Shown here piece after piece: positions 47,682 through 57,304 of a DNA stretch of 64,000 nt. Origin of the DNA: Eutreptiella sp. 'Long Island Sound 2002' (taxonomy: Eukaryota; Protista; Euglenida); assembly GCA_964036045.1 (NCBI GenBank), contig OZ038378.1, positions 200,322,001 to 200,386,000 on the forward strand, read 5' to 3'. Under the pieces are notes generated by a model. It saw only the letters and a program-made list of their open reading frames with translations. It was not told where the DNA came from and did no database searches. Made by a program: the position numbers and the translations under genes. Positions within the stretch are counted from its first letter, which is position 1. Every line of letters begins with the position of its first letter.

Positions 47682-48511
47682 CTATGGGGCATGGAGCAGA
47701 CTCTGCACAGGGGCAAACACAGGGACGGTGCGGGGGCGCTGCCGCTCAGGAGTCCAGGGGTCCCCGTGGAACGGGGGCGGCCGCGCCCCATCCGCCGCCC
47801 CGCGGACGGCCGCCGCGCGCCCCCGCGTGCCCCAGGGCGACGCATCCGCCCCCGCCCGCAGCCCGTCCATGTACTGCCGCGCGTCCGCCAGCGCCCGCTC
47901 CGCCGCGGCCTGGGCGCCGGCGGCCCAAAGGCCCAGGTCGTCCGCACGCGCGTCTCGCAGGGCGAGGGGGTCCGTTCGGCCGGGCGCGGGCGACGCGGAC
48001 CGGGGGGGCGCCCTCGACGTCCCCCGAGGCCCAGCCGCGGGGGTCGGCGTCGGCGCGAAGCCGCTGGAGATGCGGACGATGTCCAGCGCCTCAACAACGC
48101 TGTATTGCCCGAGGCCGGCGCCGGGGCTGCCGGGCCCGGCGCCGGAGGTGCTGGGCGCCGCACCGGAGGGACCCTCCGAGGCATCGGTGAGGCCCCAAAC
48201 GGCACGGCGCGGCCCGGCCTCGGGCGTGCCGTACTGCGGGGGGGCCCAGGGCTCATGTTCGGACTGCGCAGTCCGGGGGGGAGGGGGGCCGGCGGCGTCC
48301 TGCAGGTGCTGGACCTGGGACGTGAGGTGGTGTACCGCGGCGTCGAGCTCCAGCTGTGCTTTCTGCACCGCCATCCGCGCGTCGGCCGCACTGTGGTACG
48401 CGGGGCTGGAGCACGGCGGACCCCCGGCGGCCCCCGGGACGAAGGGCCCCGCCGTGGGAGGCGGGTGGATGGGGCTGGCGGCGCACACGACGTCGGTCCT
48501 GAGGGGGCACT
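47682..48511 (-). CDS. Exon 2 of a 485-aa Pro/Ala/Gly-rich protein with short coiled coils
   Basis: Acceptor GCTTCAG at 48512; phase matches the exon-1 donor; MAVQKAQLELDAAVHHLTSQVQHLQD and AAAERALADARQYMDGL; TAG at 47682-47684. Confidence 0.72.
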
Positions 48512-49083
48512 CTGAAGCACCGGCGAAGGGGGGGAGGCAGCGGCACGGGCGATCCATGCAACCCCCCGCAAGCCATCGGTCCAAAAGGCGTGAAGGCGTG
48601 TGTGTGTGTGGGAGGGGGTTGACCCCAAAATGTATAAATCAAAAATGATCATCTTGCGGCGCTGACTGAGAGGAGCTGTGTAACGCAGTTGAGCTTTAGA
48701 ACTTTGACTTGTTGAACAACTCAGCAAAATACTGATTAACAGTGACAAAACACTGGGTGAAGATGTCAAGCATGCCCAGGCATGCGGCTCAGCGCATCAG
48801 ATATGAGATGGTGTGTGTTTTTGGTGGTCGAGGTCAAAGCTTACGCTCTGGAAGTTTCATCGCTTCGCTGCACGGGAGGCAAAGGCACCAAGGAGTTGGT
48901 TACATTGTTTGCATAGATGGGTCTCCTTCTCACAGGAACTCAAGCATCACAGGAAAATGGTCGGCCACAAAGGCCATCAAGAAGGGAACCGGTTTGCCAC
49001 AGCCTGGTGATTGCCTATGTTGTGGGCATGCTGATCTACTGGCGGCGGAAGGCATCTCTCAAATCTTTGGCAACCCACGGAAC

Positions 49084-49444
49084 CAGGGGGGTCCTTAAGA
49101 GAGAGAGAAAAGAAGAAAAGCGTTCCTATGCACAGTTTTCCCAAGAAGACCGCGTGTAGCTCATGTTCAACCATGGTTGGTGGCAGTTGGCGGTTGGCGG
49201 TTGGCGGTTGGCGGTTGGCGGTTGACAACTGGTGGTTGGTGGCGGTTGGTGGTAGTTGGCGGCGGTTGGTGGTTGGTGACTGGTGGTTGGTGGCGGTTGG
49301 CAGTGGTTGGTGGCGGTTAGCGGTTGGTCGCCGCTGGCGGTTGGCGGCGGTTGGTGGTTGGCGGTTGGCGGTTGGTGGTCCCTTGGGGCGGTCCTTAAGG
49401 GCGGTCCTTAACAAAAAAAATCTCGTTCCTAAAATACCCCCCTG
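49084..49444. mobile_element. hAT-type MITE, family D, with internal (TGGCGGT/TGGTGGT)n array
   Basis: TIRs CAGGGGGGT and ACCCCCCTG; perfect 8-bp TSD CACGGAAC at 49076-49083 and 49445-49452; diverged relatives at ~11760-11881 and ~12430-12868. Confidence 0.9.
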
Positions 49445-50281
49445 CACGGAACTCTTGCAGCCTTTCCATCAAACACAAAACGAGGCCATGGCACATATCC
49501 AATGCACTTCTACGGCATTCGCTGAGTTGCGTACCAAGTGCAATGAAGATATGCAGTCCACAGCCAACATCGTGGTCAATGGCAAACAAATCAAGCCTTG
49601 CTGTCTGTCTTGCATGCCACCTTCCTCACACCCAGGTGTATGGTGAGATGACAGTGGTGTGTGATGCAGCATTGTCCACTGAATGTGGGTGGGGCTGGCT
49701 GTGGCCCTCTTCTTCCAAAAGCCTGGGGGAGTGCCAGATAGTCAATCCACAGCCAAGAACTGCAACACACCACATCTGGTAGCCTTCGGCAAAGGTTTGG
49801 CTCACATGTGGCAGCCACCAGTGTGGGGTTCCCCTCGCGTCTGGCATCCATGGGCTTGTTGGTGCTCTAGCTCGACATTTTGAAAATGTTTCCTCAACAG
49901 ACCCGGTCCGGAAATTGACACTAGCTTTTGAAAACCTGGGGAGGGGGTTTGCAGCCACGGACCCCCTGTGTGACATGTAGTCCATCTGTGGTTTCTCTAC
50001 GGGGCCCTGGACAGTCACCCGTTTACTCATCACCGCATGATGCAGTTTCGATCTTCTCCTGAAGGTCTGCCAAGCCGCTGTCTTGACCCCATTTCTGTTT
50101 CTCCATGGCAGCGGGTTGTGGTGGTCCCAACCCGGGCCGAGGAGCTCAAAGGATTCTGGCTAGCAGGCCCGCAAGAGGTGGTGGCAAGCACCCCTTCAGG
50201 CATCATGTGAGATGGTCCTCGACCCCCTGCATGTCACAAGATGAACCGCATCCTCTGCTGGTGCTTCAAACACGTGATGCC

Positions 50282-50558
50282 CTATACTATACTATACTAT
50301 ACTATACTATACTATACTATACTATACTATACTATACTATACTATACTATACTATACTATACTATACTATACTATACTATACTATACTATACTATACTAT
50401 ACTATACTATACTATACTATACTATACTATACTATACTATACTATACTATACTATACTATACTATACTATACTATACTATACTATACTATACTATACTAT
50501 ACTATACTATACTATACTATACTATACTATACGATACTATACTATACCCTATACTATA
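50282..50558. repeat. (CTATA)n pentanucleotide microsatellite, about 50 perfect units
   Basis: Perfect from 50282 to 50531, then degenerate; flanked by the direct repeat AAACACGTGATGC (~50268 and ~50558). Confidence 0.97.
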
Positions 50559-52019
50559 AACACGTGATGCTCTTTGAATGCACCAGACCTCCTGCCACAA
50601 GTTGGTGTTCTTCAAATACATGAGACCCCTCCCCACAACTGGCGAATTGCCCATGATTGCTGCATCTGCATACCAGACGTGCATGTGTGGGGCGCTGGGT
50701 GACCTGTCTGCACCCCAACTTGGCGCTCTTTGAATCCTCAAGTTCTCCCAAGCAGGCCGAGCATCTGCACCAACACTTCTTGCCATTTGCCCCTGTCGGT
50801 GTTGTGAAACGTCGCCCTCTCACAACACCACCTTGCAACAATACCTGTGATCTGGTTCATGAAGTGTATAGCCTTCGCAAAGCAGTGCTCCAAATTAGAC
50901 GCCTCTGGGACGCCACCTCGGACGCCAAGTAGACGCCACCTGGCCCCTTTGTGTTGCATAATCTACCCACCATCATTGAGCTTGTACAGTGAAAAAGGGA
51001 GAGGGGCACAGGGCATGCACCTGCACGTGCCCCAGAGCGGGGCGCCTTGCGCTCCCAGCACCACTCGCTGTGTGGCTGTGTGGCCCCCCAGCGCCACTCA
51101 CCTGGGCGGGGCTTGGGGGGGGGGGAGGGGGAGGGTGCAGGAGGGACACGGGGAGAGGGAAGGTGGGACGGCTGATGGTACAAACAGACGGAGAGTGCTG
51201 ACCCTGAGGATCTCTTTCCCAAACATGCCACCACAACAAAGGCCGGGGGTGTGACCGCCCGGCGTAGGGCCTGGGGTGTAGCAGGGCACGGGGTTGCGTG
51301 GGCTTACACAGCACGGGATTGGGGTGCAGTGTGAGCGGTTGGGACAAGGGACGTAGGCATCTGTGGCCAGGGGATGTGGGGCGGGACGGCATGACCGGCA
51401 TTGTGGGATTCGTTGCACCGCACGCAAACCGCGTTCACCGTGTCCGGACCGTGGCACCTATGAGTGGTCAACCACCGGTGAACCATCCCAAGATGTGCCC
51501 AGCCAAACAGCCCATACAACCCCAGAAAACCTGAGTTGCAAGCACACCACCTGTCTTCCTGGGGTTTTTGTATGATTGCCAATGCTTCCCAAAGGCTTCT
51601 GGGTAGTTTTTGTTCTTTTTTCTTTTTTTTTTCTTGACTCAGACTCACAAAATCATCGTAAGTGCTCAGCCAGACGGGCCGGAACAGTAATGACAGTGTA
51701 AGTACAACATATGTTGTCCCGTGCGATTCCTGGATCGCATACCACCATTAGTGGCGGGACATATATTTGAAACTCATCTGTAGTCTGTCACTCACTCATG
51801 CAGTGCCAGAGACTGCCACACCATTGAGGCATCGAAAAGGGGAAAGAACAGTAAAGGCTTCTGGGTGGTTTTTGTTCTTTCCTGGAGGCCTCTTGATCGT
51901 TGTAATTATCACTGGGAGGGTCCCCAGATATACCCAAAGTTTGCACTGGGCCCGCACCGTGGCAAGAGCGCCCTCGTTAAAATGGAGGAGGGGGGGGGGG
52001 CTGGCCGCAAACGACATAC

Positions 52020-52647
52020 CTTCGGCCTCTGCCGCGCGGGCCCGTGAGCGCTGCAGTGCCGCGGTGGCTCTGGCCAGCAGCCGCTCGGCCACGTCGGGCC
52101 GCACCCGCGTGGTGGCGGACGAGGGCAGGCCCGGGCACAGAAGGTCGACCTCCGTTTGGGTGCGACTGTCTGCCGTCGTGTCGAGCGGCGCGGCGGCGGC
52201 ATGGCTTTGGGCACTGACCCCCGGGGTGGGCCCCTCAACGCCGGGAGGGCCCCCCGACACGGGCAGGGCGCTGGTCGCGGCCCCAATGGCACCAGCGCCC
52301 GCGGCGTCCCGGCCGCGGGGGCTGTGCCCAGCCTCGCGGACGCCGGTACCAACACCGTTTGGGCCAGCGCCGGGGCTGTCAAATTCGAGCTTCAGCCGTG
52401 AGCAGGACTCCCGCCCCACCGCAGGCGAAGGCGTTGCAGTGGGACTCCGCGGCGGCGGCGACGACAGCCTCGTTGGCGTTGCATACCGCCGATGGAGGGG
52501 CCGGTGCCGCGTCGTGCGGATGTACTCACAGTAGGCGGGCGTCGCCTCTTCGCGGGTGTACTCGGTGTCGGCCCCGTCGGGGCTCTGGTACCAAGTTTCG
52601 CGAAAGCCGGGGCCTTCGCGGACGCGGGTCATTGGTGGTGTGGCCAT
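52020..52647 (-). CDS. Exon 1 of the 485-aa Pro/Ala/Gly-rich protein
   Basis: ATG at 52647 (MATPPMTRVREGPGFRETWYQSPDG...), donor GTATGT at 52019, phase 1; 628+830 nt = 486 codons. Confidence 0.72.
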
Positions 52648-54407
52648 GCTGCGCGGCTAGAACCTGCTGCCCCAGCGGCATCAGCAACACACCGACCCCA
52701 CGGCGTGCATGCGTGGGCTGGAGATGAAAGACGCATGTGGTTAGGGCACTGGCATGCCTCGCAGTCTCTAATCTAGGCTGACAACGACAACGTTCATGCC
52801 ACAAGCCTCATACCCCCGCCCCCCCTTGTCCCAACACAGGCCAGGTTCTGGTTCAGGGGGCAAAAGTACGCAAACACGGGGTCACCGTGTTTGGACTACC
52901 ACGTGTTACCGTGTGGCACATACCACAGAACACATGCTGCAGACATAAGCCAACCTGACCCAAACATGACAACGCACTTCTCTTCATGTGCACATGTGTT
53001 CATGACCATCAACCGCTCACCTTGTGCAGAGGGACCCAAAACTCGAGCAGGCACAAACCCATTGTTCATGTACCGCTGGTATGTGACATGCAGTCCGGCA
53101 GTGAAAAAAGAATTGTCAATGACTACAGAAGGGCGTCCAACAGGCCAGCAAACACCCCAGAACAACAGAGCACATGGAATTACACCCACACCAACACTTC
53201 GCCACCCACACGGACCCTTCCTGCAGCCCGCACACCGCTACAAACCACACTCTCGATTGGATTGAAACCGGAAAAACGATGATTCGAAAAAAAAACCCAA
53301 ACGTGCGGAAACACGGTGTCGCAGGGTACGCCTCTGCGCAGTGGGCCACTTCATTGCCAAAAGACGTACTACCCCCCGCCCTCCATGCCAATGGCGCGGG
53401 CCATGATTCTTCATTCCTGTATGGGCGGGCCATTGGCAGAGGGGGCCATGCCATGCAGTACCCCTGAGCGTGCCATGACCAGGCGGTGTACTCGTCAAGC
53501 TCAGCTCTTGTTGTCGCTGTTGTGTTCACTTTTGGAGGATGGCAAGAAGCCCCAGGGCCACTTCTATCAGTCCGTTGGCTGCTGCAGGCGCAATGTGTAT
53601 ACCCTCCCACCCCGTCTCAGATACAGCCAGGCCCCAAATCAATAGGCCCTGTGCATCTTCGACAAGCTGTGTCCTTTATTCTTGAGGCCCCAGAACGCAA
53701 CTGGCTCCAATGCGTTTCATCGCCAGCCCACACCAAAATGAGGCAGCCAAAGGGGGAGTGCACAGTCAGTGAAATCACAATAGAAGCAGCACGACTGAGC
53801 AAACAACCGAAACTGCACACACATCGAGAAGTTTGGCTCACATTCAGATCCCAAATCAACAAGGTACACACACCCTCCGTATCTTGGGCAAGCCACATCT
53901 TAGAAAAGGAGAAAACAGGAGAGAGTTTCGGCAAAATATCCCTCCCCCCTACAAAACAAAATGCCACCCGAGCATCCTCTTCAGGTAGTATACAGAAGAG
54001 ACATGCAGCACTGTGTACTGTTTGGCGATGTCCACACGCAGCGCTTGGCATGCGGGGCTTACGCTCATGTGGGACAAATCTTGTACAATGCCCTACGAGA
54101 GGCAAATGGAGTCCACTGCCCTCCAACAGACAAATCTCGTGTACTGTCCTCCCAAGGACAAATGTTGCTTATCGTGCTCTGACTCTCTGAAGAGGCGGTC
54201 TCCCTCCCATAGACCACGCATATTGGTCTCCCATAGACAAATCCTGTACATGGCCCTGCCAGAGACCAATCATGTATACCACCTTCGCAACAACACACCA
54301 CCTGGACTGCCAAGGCCACCTGTGCACATTCACCATCACCATTGCATACGCAAGAACACACACGTCGGCTTTCGGACATTCATCCAGACGAGTGGGTTGT
54401 TCTCCTG

Positions 54408-54580
54408 CTTGCGCACCAATGTCTCCCACGTTGTTGCCAAATAGATGGAAAGTCAGGGTGTGCAGTGCAGGTGATTCCTTCAGCCCTGTCGCCCTGCGCT
54501 GGCACACCCATGTCTGCCATGTTGTTGTCCCCGCGCCACAAAGTCAGGGTGTGCCGTGCAGCTGAAGGACTCAGCCCCTT
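54408..54580 (-). pseudogene. Frameshifted leucine-rich-repeat fragment (2 RI-like LRR units)
   Basis: GLSPSAARHTLTLWRGDNNMADMG and GLKESPALHTLTFHLFGNNVGDIGAQA in different frames; DNA repeat AGTCAGGGTGTGC at 54451 and 54542. Confidence 0.6.
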
Positions 54581-54784
54581 ATCATCCGTCACTCGGTAAT
54601 ACTTGCTCCTGCCACACACAAAGCAGTGGGAACCAGAGGCGTCCCGTGCACGACCAGTGGGCCGGAAAACCATGTGATCATGTGTGATCTGGCAGATGGC
54701 TTTATCCCACACACTGTGTGCCGCATCGGCACATACCGTTACGGGGGCCAGGGGGGGGGGCGGAATGGCAGCCTGTGGTCCTCC

Positions 54785-54945
54785 GCCTGACCTAACAACC
54801 CCCCCACGTCAGAAAATATTTCCTCAGGCAAAAATGGTATTTATCAAAGGGCCCGAAATTGGAGGTCGATTTTAGGTACACAAACTTTTTTTTTGGCCTC
54901 TGACCCAAACCCCCCAACCCTCCAGCCCCCCCCCCCCCCCCCGGT
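54785..54945. repeat. Family A internal core without family A TIRs
   Basis: CAGAAAATATTTCCTCAGG...TTTATCAAAGGGCCCGAA..GGAGGTCGATTTTAGGTACACAAACTTTTTTTTTGGCCTCTGACCC, close to the 577-812 core. Confidence 0.85.
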
Positions 54946-56353
54946 ATACATAGGGCATGGTCGCCGTGGCCTGGGTGCGACTCTCAGACGAGCATATGAC
55001 TTGGTCATTGATGGCGTGACATCCCTGGGTGGCGCGAAAGGGGTCTGGCGCATTCCGGTTGCACCTTCCCAGGGAGGGCGTTCCACACATGCATGTCCTG
55101 GTGGGAGCCTACTTTGACCAATCCAACACAGCCCCTTTTGGGGTTTGGGGGAGGGGCTGGAGACGAGCTTTGAGGGTGGGGGGCGCCGAAATGGTGAGGG
55201 TGGGGTGCCGACCCTGGGTCCACAATTCAGTGGTCGCACTGCCCTGCAGGGCGACACGCTGTTGCAGACAGGTCTCTAAATAAACCCAACATGATACCCA
55301 ACAAATAAACTCAACAACCTTCTTCAATGGATGTGCCCTACTTCATGGGCGCTGGGCATGTGACGAAAGCGGTGCGCATTCCTAACCTCCTCATGCAAGA
55401 CACGAAGCATACGCTGAGCATCCACAGTGCGCATCGGTTCATGTTGACACTGGATGCAGGAAGCGCACACTATGTATGCCGACACAGCATCCAGACGTTC
55501 GCACCGGTCATATACGTGTTCATGGAACTGAAATGAAAAACCCTCGGAATCAAGGATCAGAGCTGTCGAATGCTACGATTGTCCCACAATACAATGTGGT
55601 AGCGAACATAGCACGTGGTGAGGATGAGCTAAATCTGATGCCAGCAAATGCAGCGGGAGCTGCCACGCCCACGCCCATAGGCCATGTTCATGGAACTGAA
55701 ATGTCCAACAGAATGTGGATGATTGCCCACACCAGCAGCCAGCAGCCCAAAATGCAGAATATGGACTCAAGAGCCCTGAGATGTCGGATATGTACTGTAC
55801 AATGTGTTCATTTGTGTAGCTTGACCAGCAGCAACCGGTGACAAGGGGTCATGTCAAGGCCCCCATGTGCCACAGTCATGGCGTGCATCCGCAACCTGGA
55901 CACCGGGGCCAAGCAGCCCTCAATCCTGGAGACAGCCCGGGCTATCCATGCCTGTGCCGTGGCACAGGCAAGAGATGCTTCTTCCCGATCACTGTCAGTG
56001 CACGGCGGCGGACCGAGAAATGATTGGGAGGCAGAGGCTGCTGCACCCCCGGACGGCTAGAGGGGGGAGTGGGGGGCGGGGGGCGATGCAGCGCTGCAGG
56101 CCAATAGCGCAACTGGGCGTGCCGCGGTGTACCAAGGCACGCGGCGGTACCGCGGCGCCATGGGGCATCCGGGCGAGCGATGCGATGCATGGCATTCAGT
56201 GGAGATAAACGGTCAGACCTGTTTGGCCAGGGGCCTTGGCACTCTAGACTGGCACTGTCCAAAGGATGCGCAAGTGCAGCAGTGCCTCGTTCCCCTGATG
56301 AACCCCAACCCTCTTTTTCTTCAGCGTTCAACCCGGCGTTTTGTTGCAGACCC

Positions 56354-57304
56354 TCAGAGGGCGCCGCAGTGCACCATCTCCCGCCGGAGCAGCTCGAGCA
56401 GCCGCTCCTCCGCCCCGCAGCTGCTGCCGAATGCAGGCGGTGGGGGCACTGGGGCCTCTGTGGGGGAGGAGGGGGGCGGCACCGGGGGTGACGAGAGCCA
56501 TTCCTCCGGGATCAGGACCACACCCTCGGCGAGATCGGGGAAGGGAGAGCCGTCGTTGCGCTGAGTGCCGGACTGATTGAGGGTCATGTGGTTGGGGAGC
56601 GCCGAGAGGGTGTCAAGGGTGGCGGTGACGAGACGGTGGCGCTTTTGCACGGTGTTGGGGATTTTGAAGTTCTCGCAGATCCAGTCCACAACTTTGCCCA
56701 CAGACCACCGCCGCGGCATAAACATTTTCTGGTGCTTGATCCCGAAACATCGCGGGAAATATGCGGCGAACTCCACGCGGTCATCCACATGGACGTTCTT
56801 GGGGCCCACGTTCGAAGTCCCCGAGCCTGTGTACAGTGATTGCAGCAACCCATGAAGCGCTCTCCTCGTCTTTGGGTCGGGAACCTTGTCCTTCTCCACG
56901 GGCACGGGGCAGGAGTGCTCTTCAGGGAGCCGGTGCTTCACACAAAAGTGCTGCTTGCACATGTAACAGCTCAGTCTGATAGGGTGTGACTCTTTGCAGC
57001 CCTTCACTGCACATGGGCGGCTGTTGGGGACCATGGCCGAATGCGCGCAGCCTCCGGCGATGTGGGCCTCTATCGCCGCGTTGCTGTCCTGCCCGGGCTT
57101 CAGGGGCACAGGCGTAGAGCACAGTGGGCAGATCGGGATGCTTCTGTCCACGGCGTTTGCACACTCATGCCTCGAACAGAGACGATGTTCTTCGCAAAAT
57201 TTCTTCGAACACTTGTTGCATGTGAAGATCATGTAATCTTCGGTTGGTTGGTGGCAACCTTCCGCTTCACACCGGCCGGCTCCGTTGTTGAATTGCGCCT
57301 CCAT
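56354..57304 (-). CDS. AN1-type zinc finger protein (ZFAND1/ZFAND2/Cuz1-like), 316 aa from ATG 57304, intronless
   Basis: Two AN1 fingers (CEAEGC..FTCNKCSKKFCEEHR..HEC; CAVKGC..CYMCKQHFCVKHRLPEEHSC), CPLC..VP..HI..C motif, C-terminal UBL-like region with WSVGKVVD. Confidence 0.93.
   Translation of the reverse strand: MEAQFNNGAGRCEAEGCHQPTEDYMIFTCNKCSKKFCEEHRLCSRHECANAVDRSIPICPLCSTPVPLKPGQDSNAAIEAHIAGGCAHSAMVPNSRPCAVKGCKESHPIRLSCYMCKQHFCVKHRLPEEHSCPVPVEKDKVPDPKTRRALHGLLQSLYTGSGTSNVGPKNVHVDDRVEFAAYFPRCFGIKHQKMFMPRRWSVGKVVDWICENFKIPNTVQKRHRLVTATLDTLSALPNHMTLNQSGTQRNDGSPFPDLAEGVVLIPEEWLSSPPVPPPSSPTEAPVPPPPAFGSSCGAEERLLELLRREMVHCGAL

Noticed and set aside
47645-48769. Multiple long overlapping ORFs on both strands
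   Set aside because: A shadow effect of very high GC; only the minus-strand frame ending at 47682 has a phase-matched splice acceptor.
14492-50623. ORF-track proteins with poly-HI/YT/CV, poly-N/Q/V/L and YYTIL repeats
   Set aside because: These are translations of intronic microsatellites (14659-14810, 19510-19712, 50282-50558).
55440-55490. LDAGSAHYVC as a Copia protease motif
   Set aside because: Isolated motif with no gag, integrase or RT nearby.
55518-55703. 18-bp direct repeat GTTCATGGAACTGAAATG, 168 bp apart
   Set aside because: Only two copies and no termini or TSD; most likely an old local duplication.
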